DNA of 63,880 bases, the filler included, from Octopus bimaculoides (Eukaryota), in assembly GCF_001194135.2 (NCBI RefSeq). It is 8 parts of 7 records of this genome, joined end to end, with 100 filler letters (N's around TTAATTAATTAA, not from the genome) between each part and the next. Parts side by side here need not be neighbours in the genome. Positions count along the whole stretch, not along the records: positions 45,607 to 52,353 come from NC_068989.1; positions 52,454 to 55,974 come from NC_069002.1; positions 56,075 to 59,531 come from NC_068984.1; positions 59,632 to 62,543 come from NC_068989.1; positions 62,644 to 63,880 come from NC_068983.1; 3 more parts are not named here. One strand, written 5' to 3'. Below the pieces are notes generated by a model. That model saw only the letters and a program-made list of their open reading frames with translations, had not been told where the DNA came from and did no database searches. Positions 50,855 to 62,900 of the stretch are shown here, piece by piece. How positions within the stretch are numbered: position 1 is the stretch's first letter; each line of letters opens with the position of its first letter. Position numbers and translations under genes: made by a program.

Positions 50855-52307
50855 GGTAACATTGATTTCAAGGCATTCCCACATGAGTGACTGGTTATTC
50901 AAAGTATTATCTTCTCTTTTCAACAATTTCTCACACTCTTTCAGCTTGTTCGGTTCCACCTTCACCTCACGAACTTCTAAAGTGTCAGAGTCCACTCCTC
51001 TGCCAGTAGCTGTCGCATAACTGTGGCTTTTTGCTGGTACTTGTTCTATCTCTCTCATAAATGGCAAGAAAGCAAACACAGTTCAACTTTTCTGTTGGCC
51101 GAGGAGGAAACTGACCATTTTCAAATCTACACAAATGGTCCAGTAGTGCTCATGATATTTTAGTTGGTCAATAACTATTTTTATGTGTCGTATTCTTCTT
51201 GCAAACACACTGAGTGACCAACTGGGACAGCTCCATAAACATTTCCATGGTGTAGAACACACTTTAGTCTGTGTTTAGAAATAGTTGCCAGTCAGTTGAA
51301 TTGTATGAGGGGATTCCTAATTCCTGGAAAAGAACCAGAAATACCGTGGCAGTAAACAAGGTGTTTCTCTTCTGAAAAAAAAAAATAAATAACACAAAAA
51401 TCTGGTCTTGCTTTCGAGAATAAAGAACGTTTGAAGTTTAGTCAAGTAGATGTTTTGTTTTGCAACCTGAACGCTAGAACTTCAGCTGCAGTCTGGAAGA
51501 GTTAAAAATCACGCACTAAATCATTCAGTTTTGTTTGGCTCAACTGCTGAGGGCTTGATTTTTCGGTACCATAAGAGGAATCTTAGAATTCGGAAGTAAT
51601 TTCTTGATATTCGTTAGCATCTTTGTACTCTTGTTCGCTAGTGTCGTTTTCTGAAGAGGCAAACCCAAGGAAAACTGGAATCGGGAGTCTCTGAGTGCAT
51701 AATAGGTCTAATTGCTGAGGGAATACTGGGATAAGATATTTTACACCTATTTATCTTGCTGATGCCTTTTGTGTTGACCATGCAAAAATAAGTCACTTGT
51801 GTGGTCCCTGGGCTCTCGCCAAACGATAGGAACTCAAACGGTGGATCCTTTCGTTTTCTTTTGTCCAGTCACAAAACATTTCCTCACAGTTATGACACAC
51901 AACATGGTGGTGAGGATATTTTGTCTTGGTCGCTTAGGGGAATTCCAAAATGGGCTTTATAAGCCCGCCTCACGAACAATGAAATATTGCGCATTCGCCG
52001 AATAAGTGTGAAGGAGCCACAAATCTAGCAGAAGCCATCAGGATTATTCGCACACCTATGTCTACTTGAAGAACCCATTATCAGATCTGAAAAAAACACA
52101 TTTGTTAATTCATTGAAAGTAGGATATATGTATCTCAATATTTGGAATTTAACTATAAATGTATAAAAAGTTAATCCTCAAATTGCAAGAACACTGGAGT
52201 ATGGAGAGCAAAACCGATTAAAGATTTGAAATTAACGCAAAAAAAAAAAAGAATCAGTAAAAAAATCTTAAGCAATAGGCAATTTTTAAAAAAATTGTTG
52301 TCTAGTG
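50855..52307 (-). mobile_element. Chapaev3-like (CMC superfamily) DNA transposon, 3'-truncated pseudogene
   Basis: MGSSSRHRCANNPDGFC*ICG...AYKAHFGIPLSDQDK...HVVCHNCEE..W...WREPRDH..YFCMVN...YPSIPSAIRP; LKCVLH.GNVYGAVPVGHSV; WTICVDLKMVSFLLGQQ; breaks at MLPP. Terminus CACTAGACAACAA next to TAA at 52307. Family name from recalled consensus, not a search. Confidence 0.75.
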
Positions 52308-52479
52308 TAAACTTACTAAGCTTAGATAACGTTTAGATATTGATGTCTAATATNNNNNNNNNNNNNNNNNNNNNNNNNNNNNNNNNNNNNNNNNNNNTTA
52401 ATTAATTAANNNNNNNNNNNNNNNNNNNNNNNNNNNNNNNNNNNNNNNNNNNNATATAAATGTCAATATTCATCATTGG

Positions 52480-52574
52480 GTTACATTTTGGTTTTGTCTT
52501 TTTATATTTACTGATATTCTGCATCTGTCATAACGAAATCATAATCGTCACCATCATCATCATCATCATCATCC

Positions 52575-52609
<35 letters not shown>

Positions 52610-52965
52610 GTCATCATCATCACCAGCATCTGCAGCACCACCATCATCACTATCATGATCATCAACACTGTCATTATCATTTTCATCGTAATCATCATGG
52701 TGATGGCTGCCGACCTCTCCCGCCACCAGCCTCTTCAATCACCTCCTCCTCCGCGTCATTCACCTCCCCCTTCCTCTCCTCCTTTCTATCTCCCTCTCCT
52801 CCACACCTACCTCTTTATCCACTCTCTTATCCACCTCCTTCTCCACCTACCATTCTTCCATCTTTTTCTATTTATTAACCCCACCATCACCACCACAACT
52901 ACCACCACAGCCATCATCACCATCATCACCATCATCATCATCATCATTACCATCAACATTTTTTG
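52480..52965. repeat. (CAT)n/(CCT)n/(CAC)n low-complexity tract
   Basis: Direct read. Source of the poly-Ile and poly-Asp ORFs. Confidence 0.95.
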
Positions 52966-53013
52966 AGTAGTACAATTTCACACGTAGTAAATTGTTACAA
53001 AGTCAAGAGTAAA

Positions 53014-53226
53014 ACTTCCGGCCCGACCGATCTTGTCACCTGACTTCCGTTTCCGGCCGAAGACTGTTCATTTCATTTTCCGTCTATAATATACTTCATT
53101 AGAAAAAGGTTGACCTCAACGACTTCTTATTAACTAATTTGTATGAAAAGCAAAATAACACATCAAAGTTTTTTTGTTGCGTGGTCAGAAACTAATATAA
53201 CGACAACGGTTTCGATCTACGATTGG
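53014..53226. promoter_or_regulatory. Possible CpG-rich core promoter (ETS-like, E-box and CCAAT motifs)
   Basis: ACTTCCGG (53014), GTCACCTGAC (53035), ACTTCCGT/TTTCCGG (53043-53056), GATTGG (53221). No downstream exon identified. Confidence 0.25.
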
Positions 53227-53340
53227 AGTTACAGCGCATGTATGCGTTCGTTTTTAATGTAGATATTTTTCTGGTTGTTGTTGTAAATGTTGTTTATCTC
53301 TCAAATTAGACCATGTCGGGGAGAAATCTGAAAACAAAAT

Positions 53341-53810
53341 ATTCTAGCGCAGGCGTGGCTGTGTGGTAACAAGCTTGGTTCCGAGCAACAAGGCTCGTGG
53401 TTCAATCACATTGCATGCAACATCGAAATATTCTAGCGTGACTGTGTGGTAACATGCTTGGTTCTGAACAACAAGGCTCGTTGTTCAATCCCATTGCATG
53501 CAACTTCGAAATATTCTAGCGTGGCTGTGTGGTAACATGCTTGGTTCGAAACAACAAGGCTCCGTGGTTCAATCACATTGCATGCAGCCTCGAGCAGATG
53601 TCTTCTACTATAGACCCCAACCAACTAACTTACCAACCCACCAACTCACCAACCAGCCAGCAAACCAACCAAACAGCCAGAGCCTTGTGAATAGATTCGG
53701 TGCACGGAAATTGAAAGAAGCCTGTCGTATTAAGTACCTACCTGCCTACCTATCTACCTACCTACCTACCTATGGTTGGGAAGCAAGCTTCTTACCACTA
53801 AGCCAAAGAT
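53341..53810 (+). mobile_element. SINE family A copy with triplicated tRNA-like head
   Basis: Three ~83-89-bp units starting at 53341, 53430 and 53513 (attctagcg..gtggctgtgtggtaaca.gcttggttc..a.caacaaggctc.tggttcaatc.cattgcatgca), then the normal SINE body. Confidence 0.85.
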
Positions 53811-54156
53811 GTCCGAAATGAATTTTTTCATACTCTGTACTCTAACGTCCACTAACATCAGAGAAGCATTTGAAGGAGAATCAGCTGCTATTTCTAACAG
53901 AGCAACAACAAAGTAGAAGGTCCATTGTTGGCTTGTTTCGTATTTTGTTTTTACGTATGAGACGTTGCTTTTAATTGAACCACTCTATAAAATTACTTTC
54001 TGCAAATGGGATTTTAATTTTTAAAATTTAACTTCTCGCCCGAAGAAACCAAGAACTGTGATAAATATAAATTAGTTTCTTTACGTTACGTTACACACAC
54101 ATACGCACACGAAGAGAAACACACACACAGAGTAACACACAAATACAGACACACAC

Positions 54157-54196
<40 letters not shown>

Positions 54197-55678
54197 ATAT
54201 TATATTTAACTCTTTAACTGCAACACAACAAAATTGACAGCGAAAGTGAATTAAGTTTTTCATCTCAGGTCTTCGCCTGAAGCTAAGAGTTTTGATGAGA
54301 AAGTTTTACATTACATTCTACCAACCCATGAAAATGTATGTGGACACCTTTATTATTGTTGAGCTATTGTCGTGTTATTGTAATGCCTCTGACTTAGTGC
54401 CACTAATATGTATAGTGGCGCAGCCCTAATGCGTCGCGGCACATCCTGATTGAATGACGTCTGTTATAAAGACGCATCTCACAAGTAGGCACACACATGC
54501 CTCGGTATAAGGAACCCTTCCAGTAAAGAGGTTACAAACTTTGGCACAATACCAGCAATTTCGAGGAGAGTACTTATCTTATTGACTTCGAAAGACTGAA
54601 AGTCACTCTTTGTGGAGTTTGAACTCAGAACATAAAGACTGATGAAATACGGTTAAGCAATTTCCCCGGCTTATTAACGATTCTACCAGCTCAGAGTCTT
54701 AAATCTTTAATGTATAATTACAACTATAATATAGACGCACATTTCAAAAGTAAGCACAAACAGCCCTAAGCTTAAGGCCATCTCTCCCAGTATAAAACTT
54801 TACCATAAACAGATGGAACATCACACGCAGCACAGCTTTTGTTGTGCCGACGCCCCCAAGCGAAGAAGTAGGCTCGACCAAGATATATAAATAGAGATGG
54901 TCTGACCGTGGTAGGAGTGGACTGACAGTTGAGTAGCCGTCGTGTAGCGGTTGAGCAGAGATCATCCGAAGGTGCTAGATAGCAGTAGCATGAGACATAA
55001 CAGCTTTACTCCGGCATACACAAGAATAAAGCCATACCATCAAACATGCACACATACACACACGCATGCACATATATATAGACGATAGTCCCCCCAAAAT
55101 ATCCTTCTGCTATATATCACTCACAAGATGTCAGTCAATCTGGTGTTGCAGTAAAAGATTCCTGGGATCGAACGTAGAACCACGAGGCTGAGAAACGAAC
55201 CATGTATCCACACGTATAAATATTTCCCAGCTTTACTTCTGTAACAGAGTTTGTAAAGTAATTAGGAATTTGAGAAGCTTCTGTTATATAGCGCTGTCTG
55301 TGTTACATGGCAAGTGAGACGCATTTTGTAGTTTGAAAAACTACGATTCTCTGTGCACTCACAGCTCACTTATGTAGATATAACTGATATGAAAGCAACA
55401 TCGGATGTCTGTTGAAACAATAGATTGTTAATGACAATCTATTGTTTTAATCAGAAGATGTGGATTGAAAAATAACGTGAACAACAATGGTAATTACCAA
55501 AATATCAACAAATAATGTAAACAAGTGTAACAACTAGAGCAAGTATCTCGTCTTTTTTCTTTCTCCTCCTCCACCTCGTCGTCGTCGTCGTCATCATTAT
55601 CACCACCATCAGCAGTAACGCCAGCAGCAGTTAATGTAAAGAGCAGGGCTGCAATTCGTCACCAAAAAGGAGAATTAT

Positions 55679-55952
55679 AATTGTCACAAAATGTGACTAA
55701 GCTGTTAAAAAGCTCCTACTTTGCTAGAAATAAGAACTAAAAAGCTCTAATGCTGTACTTAACGCATTTAAATAAATACATATACACTATCAGGGACCAT
55801 AATTGTCCGAAAAGTGCCAACCGGACAATTATGATCTCTGTTAATGTATAGTTTTTCATTCATGATCCTTAACTTCAGCATTAGAGCATTTTAGCTCTTA
55901 TTTCTAGCAATACAGATGCTGTTTAACACCCTAGTCACATTTAGTGACAATT
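55679..55952. mobile_element. Foldback/palindromic MITE
   Basis: Nested inverted arms aattgtcac.aaatgtgacta/tagtcacattt.gtgacaatt, tgctagaaataaga.ctaaaa.gctctaatgctg and its complement, central cagggaccataattgtccg/cggacaattatgatctctg. One arm recurs at ~19272-19370. Confidence 0.75.
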
Positions 55953-56176
55953 CTTTACATATATATATATATATNNNNNNNNNNNNNNNNNNNNNNNNNN
56001 NNNNNNNNNNNNNNNNNNTTAATTAATTAANNNNNNNNNNNNNNNNNNNNNNNNNNNNNNNNNNNNNNNNNNNNGGAGGAAGCTTAAGGTCTCATTTCAG
56101 ATATTGACGTTCTTCGAGAAGTGGATCATGGGTTAGTAAAAAAACACTCGTCATTTTCATGAAATGTTAATAAAAG

Positions 56177-56345
56177 GTGCAGGCGTGGCTGTATGGTAAG
56201 AAGCTTGCTTCTCAACTACATGGTTCTGCGTTCAGTCCCATTGCCCGCCAATTTGGACAAATGTCTTATACTATAGCCTCGGGCTGACCAAAGCCTTGTG
56301 AGTGGATTTGGTAGACAGAAGCTGAAAGAAGCCCGTCGTATATGA
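56177..56345 (+). mobile_element. SINE family A 5' half
   Basis: ggtgcaggcgtggctgtatggtaagaagcttgcttctcaactacatggttctgcgttcagtcccattg...gaaagaagcccgtcgtata. Confidence 0.85.
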
Positions 56346-58564
56346 GTGTTTATATATGAGCTTCGGTTTTGCAGACATGCCATGCGGTGATAAAGCCAAC
56401 GTAGGATGCAGTGATAAAGTCGACAAGCCCCTGGTATCTGATTCAAAGCAATGTATTTTAAGTCCTATCCTATAATTTAAGCTGATGTTTATCTTCAATG
56501 AGAGTGTGAACTCGGCAATATTATGTGTACTTCTGGACAGAGCCACCGAAGACAACCTCTGCGTGATACACAATAGGGAACGTAGAGATAGTAGATCAAG
56601 TTTCAGTAGCACCTTGATCAATTTGGATTAATAGAAAGCATTCAACTTTGAAAATAATCTGTATCTGATAGGTGTGATACTAGTGGTTAGTTATAAAACG
56701 GCTTTAAGACATTTCATAACCAAATTCTTCATTGGCAGATAAGTTCCGTGTTTGAAGTCAAAGGATGCTTTAATGTCGTGTTCGGTATCACCCTTTTATC
56801 GGCAAGGGTGTCCACTCTCGCTACTTATATACGTGCTGAGACTGAAGCATCAACAAAGAAAGCTGAGTATTTTATGAAACATCCTGCTTAAGCACGGACA
56901 GACATGTACGCTAACCGTCTGAGTACATGGATGGCGTAAAGATATTGGTATCGTTGCAAATAAGTAGAATATGAATAGATGGCAGGAAAATCAGTATATT
57001 TGCTTTTAGGCAGATAGTGAAGCAATCTACATTAAAAGATGCTTCTTATACTAACAGCGCACTTAAATTACTTGGAATTTGTTGAAATAGTGCTAGTGCA
57101 AGATAACTAGCTGACGAGATAACGATTATGCAATGTCAGTACTCATTAAAAGAGTTCTTGCTATGCAATCTATACAAGTGTTAAATTTGTAACATCTGCA
57201 GAAATTCCTCGCAAAAAGGGAAATATCGCATTTATTCGTAAAAAGACTGTTCCGAAGTGTTAATCCTTAACAGTGCAGCAATCTTGGAAGTGTCCCGATC
57301 AAGGAATTGCAGCCGATATGTTGTGGTTACCAGGGACTTACAACGTATCTTTGTCGGCATAAACACCCGACATCGTTACTCATGACCTGCACTTACTTTT
57401 CTCTTGAAGTCTGCAGTCACTGTAATCGACTGGACAATGCAGTCCATTGCAACAACCTGTCAGTACGAGACATGAACGACGAGGGATTGTTTGCTATTTT
57501 CTGTGTCGATGCTGATACGTTATGCATCTTCTTCCGGGATCTTTCACTTCGTGCATTATGGTCAACGCAAAAACACAAACAGACAAACAAACAAAAAATT
57601 TTTAAATTCTTGGTCTAGCAATGCTTTCGAGGAATACTTTCAGCCTTTCAGTTCACGTAAAGTGAAGCGATAACATCATGGTAGTGCTAACTTCTAGACA
57701 TGTCTATGACGCGAAACGACTGTAAATATTGTTCTGTCATTAAAAAAATCTACTCCATACCCATCATCATCAGTGACCAAAAACATCCACAACACATCTC
57801 ACTCAATTTCAATACGATCGACGCGCAATTAAAATCCTCATTATCGTTCGATAAGCTAGGCTTCATTACCACTAGAGATCTGATCTGAGAAACTCACGTC
57901 GTTAACATGATTAAACTGCGTCTCAAGTACTGGCTCAGAGTCAGAAAATGCTTTACCCTTAACAACTATTAACCCCATACGAAGTACAAATGAAGTCTGC
58001 AATGGAAGACGTCCAAAACCACATCTAAAGAAAAGTCATTTGACTAAATGGTATGCTGTCTCAGTCTGTCTTTCATACTGCTACTACAAACGTTTATGAG
58101 ACCATTACCAGACCGTGTTTGGTTATGATAATATGGTTATGGTATGTTATAGTTATCATAGGTTATAGTAATGTCACAGTGTGATTATAGTACGTTATAA
58201 TAATATAATAATATTATGAAGTGGTTTTGGTCTAGTGTGCCCAGAATATACAGTGGCTACAGTACACTGTAGTTAGGAAGTGGCTGTGCTTATATTGTTG
58301 TTATGACATAGCGTGGTTATAGCATATTGTTGTTATGGCACGGTGGTATCGTGCTCTGATGTGGTGTAATCGAGTATGTTGTGATGCGATGAAGTATGGT
58401 GGGGTTATTTGGAGTGATACACTGTGCCATGGTATCGTTAGTCAACCCTGCTGCAACAAGAGTCATGTAAACCCCGTTGCAGCAGATTAAATAAGAAAAC
58501 GTGTTCCTGCTGCGACAATTTTTTTTTGTTCCATTTACGACAATATTATCTCATGTATCCTAAA

Positions 58565-58775
58565 GGCGGCGAAATGGCTGAATCGGTAGCGCGCTGGACG
58601 AAATGCTTAGCGGTATTTCACCCGTTGTTCTGAGTTCAAATTTCGCCGAGGTCGACTTTGCCATCCATCCTTTTGGGGGCGATAAGTTAAGTACCATTTG
58701 AGTACTGAGGTCAATGTAATCGACTATCCTCTTCCCCTAAATTTCAGGCCTTGTGCCTATAATAGAAAGGATTAT
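58565..58775 (+). mobile_element. tRNA-derived SINE family B, best-preserved copy
   Basis: ggcggcgaaatggctgaatcggtagcgcgctggacgaaatgcttagcggtattt (A-box-like), gagttcaaatttcgcc (B-box-like), body and tail to gaaaggattat. Confidence 0.85.
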
Positions 58776-59207
58776 CTCATGCATACTCCCTTTTATAAAA
58801 TAGTAGGGTGTTATTTGAGCAAACTTTGGTTGTATTTCTAGGAAATTAAGTGACTTCCCTTTTATCGCAACGTGAATTGGAGATGTATGGTATGGTATAA
58901 AATGGCGTAATATATTTTGATGCGTTATTATATGTGAGATGTGTTATAAGGTTGAGATATCGTATTGAATGATCTGAATAACTTGAAGTAATGTGGTGTA
59001 ATAATATCTGAGTGTGTTCACGTTTAAACACACATGCCACACGTATACACTCGCACATACAATCAAATATTATGTCATATCATATGTCAAATCTATCTAT
59101 CTATCTATCGATATAAATGTATGCATATATATCTATATGTGTGTGTTTGTATGTGTAAATATATGTATGTATATGCATACGTGTGATTTTTATATATACA
59201 AACCTAC

Positions 59208-59269
<62 letters not shown>

Positions 59270-59308
59270 ATATACACCAAACATAATGTACGTATATGTC
59301 TGTCTGTC

Positions 59309-59401
<93 letters not shown>

Positions 59402-59632
59402 ATACATGCATACACACACATGTGTATGTATACATATGCGTACTCTGTGATATGGTACATATATATATATATATATATACATAAATACTAACATATATAC
59501 ATACATATATATATATATATATACATACATANNNNNNNNNNNNNNNNNNNNNNNNNNNNNNNNNNNNNNNNNNNNTTAATTAATTAANNNNNNNNNNNNN
59601 NNNNNNNNNNNNNNNNNNNNNNNNNNNNNNNA

Positions 59633-59812
59633 AACTGGCTCGACAGGATTTACGAATAAATCTCTAATTTCATAGCTTAGAGCTGGAGGCAAATTACTCA
59701 GCATTATATGATATTTTTGCTCTTCATTTGTTATTCGATTTGCCTTAAAGCTTGGCTCTAGTTGTGTCAACCAGAATAATGTGCCTCCCGTCCAAGGAGG
59801 AGATGGCAATAC
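59633..59812 (-). mobile_element. Ty3/gypsy-type gag N-terminal fragment
   Basis: LPSPPW...LFWLTQLEPSFKANRITNEEQKYHIMLSNLPPALSYEIRDLFVNP matches the LP.FW...P..WF.Q.E..F....IT....KY.....LP......I.D...NP gag motif. Cut by a gap. Confidence 0.7.
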
Positions 59813-59814
59813 AT

Positions 59815-60335
59815 TTACTGGTTTCCCTCTAGTAAAGTGATGATAAGACTTATCAAATGGCCAATTGTGGTGTTGACAGTTACTGGGTCCACAAATGATC
59901 CAGTTAGCGATATCAGCAGAAAAATCAAACCACAACCCTGTACCTTCTGCCAAATTGCGATTTTCTTCATGCTTTACGGAATGAATCATTCCATTTGCAG
60001 TAGAAGTATCAGTATCATGAGATTTTACGGGCAAAATAAGATCACTCGGTTATGAGAGTTGGGATAGAAGAAGATGCTTGTGATACCTCAGTGATTCGAA
60101 TGTCCTCATAATTTGATTCTGGGGTGATCAGAGGTATTTGCCATATTTTTGTTGACTTCTGAAGATGGAGATTGACTTTGACCCGGAATCTGTGCATCAT
60201 CATCATGTTGATGTTATGGATCGTTTGTAAAGAAATTAGTCAACTTTGCAGTCTTGCGCTCTAATTCCAAAGTCTTTTGTTTCTTGTTTGCTAATTAATA
60301 TCCAGATGCCGATTACAAGTTAACCAGTGGCTACC
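59815..60335 (-). mobile_element. hAT (Tip100/ZMYM1-like) transposase N-terminal fragment
   Basis: ASGY...KKQKTLELERKTAKLTNFF (60330-60230) and GLW.DFS.D..NWIICGPSNCQHHNWPFDKS, typical of the region preceding the TTF zinc finger in these transposases. Confidence 0.6.
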
Positions 60336-61199
60336 AGGCTGAATAACCCAGGATTTGTAAAGCCAAGCATCACTAAAATAAAATTATTTTTATTATGTTG
60401 TTAATTGTTCTACTGTTTCCTAATAAATAATTTTCTTAAAAGGTGATAGAGAGAGACTAATGTATCTATTGTTACTATCAACCTTTTACAAATTAAAAGT
60501 TTAAAACCATAAATTACAATATGTATCAAGAATGTTAGAAAAAAAATTGATATAGTTTTGGAAATTCAACAAATTTCGCAAAATGAAATACTAGAAAAAG
60601 GGTGTTTTTTCGTTTACAAAATGAAAATTTTTATAGCAAATAAGATTAATATTTTTACCCAAACCATAATTTTAATTTATTTAAGGGTTTTTTTAAACAC
60701 TGATGTTGTTTCATGATTATTTCTATACTTTTTATGCCTCAAATCAGAGAAATTGAATGATAATCATTCTAATATGAATTGGTGGGCATAAATGATATAT
60801 GAAGCTAACTATTCATATCATTTTAAAAGATTAAACATTAAATATTATAGACAAACAGAGTTGAGTGTGCTGTATATTGACATGCGTGACGCATCAGGAA
60901 ATGAAGACCACTCTGAACAAGCTGACACTTGCACTGATTCAAACGCGTACTCTACGTGTTCAAAACTTGTTTAACTTCCAATCTGTGACCACACCGTATT
61001 ATTTATTTATTCATTTATTTATAAACAGAAATTTGTATTAAAATTTGGAGATGGCTATCAATTTAATTCATTTTCATTTCAAATGGTAAATCCAGCTCTG
61101 CGGCAATATGGGTGCCAAACTCCCGGCCATAGATGAGGTTGAAGAGATAGTGCCCTTTCCTTGATGCCCTAAGCACATGCTTATAGGTTAATCCAGCAC

Positions 61200-61720
61200 T
61201 GTATAAGGTACTCGTGCAATATAAAAAGACTAAAATTTATATGAAACGATGTGTAGTACAGGTGCAGGATATTTTCATCAGAAATTTAACATTTAGGCTA
61301 ATCATAGCATATTCTTTTCACCATGTTGCCGCGGTATGTTTCTTCATCTATCGCTCCGAGTTGAATATGTAGCTGTGATAACAGCTTTGCGTCGAGAACG
61401 GACTCCACCAAGGACCGAATTCACTTTGCCCTTTACGCGCTTAAATGGGCTGTATTTGTAGGCTCTGTTCACAGAAAGTCCTAGTCATGCCACCAGACTA
61501 TCACGTGAACAAAATCGGATGATTGGGCAGAAAATATGTTTGCACACATGATCAACTCGTGGTTTCCATGTAGCCAAATGTGAGGTCGAATCCAACCGTT
61601 ATAAACCCTTTGTTCCGTGACATCGTCTAGAGATATTCCGTGATGGGACCAAGCTGTTTTTCTTATAACGTCTTCTTTACAAGAATCTCAGAGCATCTGC
61701 ATCCCTACAAATAGTGTTGA
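61200..61720 (-). mobile_element. Decayed CR1/L2-group LINE RT C-terminal fragment
   Basis: Minus-strand DS...W KPRVDHVCK resembles D..L.W..HV..V.K. Otherwise degenerate. Confidence 0.35.
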
Positions 61721-62238
61721 GGTCCAAATAAAAGCAGTTGTTATTGGTGTACCACATAGATTGCTATCAGTCTGTAACAGAGCAAAGGAGATTTTATGAG
61801 GAATCTATTGTTCTGATAAGAACAGACTGGCAGCAGAAAATGGATCTGTATGGAGACGAATCAACGATTATTTTGAATATCAAGGAAGAAAACTAATCAA
61901 CAATTATGAGAATACTTCCAGTATCTTCTGCATATGCCTAATCGGGAATATAGTCGAAGACACTTACCCAAGGTGTCGTGTAGTGGGAAAGAAACCGAGA
62001 TCACATGCTGGGGAAGCAAGCTTTTTACCACAAAACCACGCCTGAGCCTATATAATGTTATTATATAACATACAAGATTTTTTCCACCAAGTCAGTTGTG
62101 TCACTGATTTGATGTACCTGTTTAGTGAAGGAACAGATTAACAAAATGTTCGATGCAAACATGTATCAGGTCTAAAAACTACGCCAATATGTGATATTAG
62201 TTTGTATGAGATTATTTTAGCTTTCGAATAATGTCACT

Positions 62239-62440
62239 CCTCTGGCTAGGCGGGCAGGCCAACGTTCCCCCAGAATGGAAACGCCATTCCATCGTAAGGT
62301 TACCCACTTGCAGCTGAGTGGAGTGCAACAGTCTGAAATGAACCTTTTTGCTCAAAAATAGAACATACAGCCGGTCTGGGAATCAAAACCACGATCGCGA
62401 GATCGTGAGTGAAAGACCCTAACCACTAACGTCACGCTAC
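62239..62440 (-). mobile_element. tRNA-derived SINE family C with V-domain-like core
   Basis: Reverse complement: gttagtggttagggtc..cactcacgatc...gtggttttgattccc (tRNA-like), ttgagcaaaa, cactccactcagctg, ccttacgatggaatggcgtttccattctgggg (resembles the V-SINE CCTGCGATGGACTGGC..CCC.TCCAGGG motif). Confidence 0.55.
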
Positions 62441-62659
62441 GTGTCCTGATAACCAACAAACCAGCTTGCAAAAATATTACACCATACAACAGAACTTTCC
62501 ACGAGTTTCTAAAGATTTCGCGCGCTTTTTGTGGTATTAAAGCNNNNNNNNNNNNNNNNNNNNNNNNNNNNNNNNNNNNNNNNNNNNTTAATTAATTAAN
62601 NNNNNNNNNNNNNNNNNNNNNNNNNNNNNNNNNNNNNNNNNNNATATATATATACACAT

Positions 62660-62900
62660 ATGTATATATATGCATATATGGGTACAGGACCAACAGAAAA
62701 CAACATGAAATACGAAGACAAATGAGTTAAATACACAAACGAGAGAAAAAATGGAAAACAGGACAAGTAACACAAAAAACGACCCTTCATCAATTTTCGG
62801 CTGGTTATCTACATCCTCATTTCGAGCATTGAATGACAATATGAGTCTTCAAAAACAGTTGCTCCCATAAATACCAAAATAAAATTTGGGATTTATGGAT
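62660..62900. repeat. Dispersed repeat related to 18700-18900 (probable Penelope pLTR part)
   Basis: Shared motif ttcatcaattttcggctggttatctacatcctcatttcgagcattgaatgacaatatg. Confidence 0.5.

Noticed and set aside
52460-52966. Hydrophobic poly-Ile, Pro-rich 168-aa ORF that looks like a membrane protein
   Set aside because: Derived from (CAT)n/(CCT)n low-complexity DNA at a contig edge.
53341-53600. Regularly spaced repeats as a possible CRISPR-like array (also 37041-37088 and 25532-25597)
   Set aside because: The units are whole tandem duplications with no unique spacers, the context is eukaryotic, and there are no cas genes.
57307-57618. 103-aa Cys/His-rich ORF
   Set aside because: Near-cognate start, no recognisable domain or metal-binding spacing, and a low-complexity end; kept only as unexplained sequence.
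58565-58650. tRNA-like sequences (also heads of SINE families A and C)
   Set aside because: They continue into SINE bodies, are multi-copy and diverged, and lack a complete cloverleaf, so they are not tRNA genes.
23558-62599. TTAATTAATTAA 12-mer occurring seven times (23558, 42445, 45551, 52398, 56019, 59576, 62588)
   Set aside because: Always centred in a 44N-12-44N block of 100 bp and giving stops in all six frames, so it is an assembly linker and not biology. Adjacency and distances across these joins are unverified.
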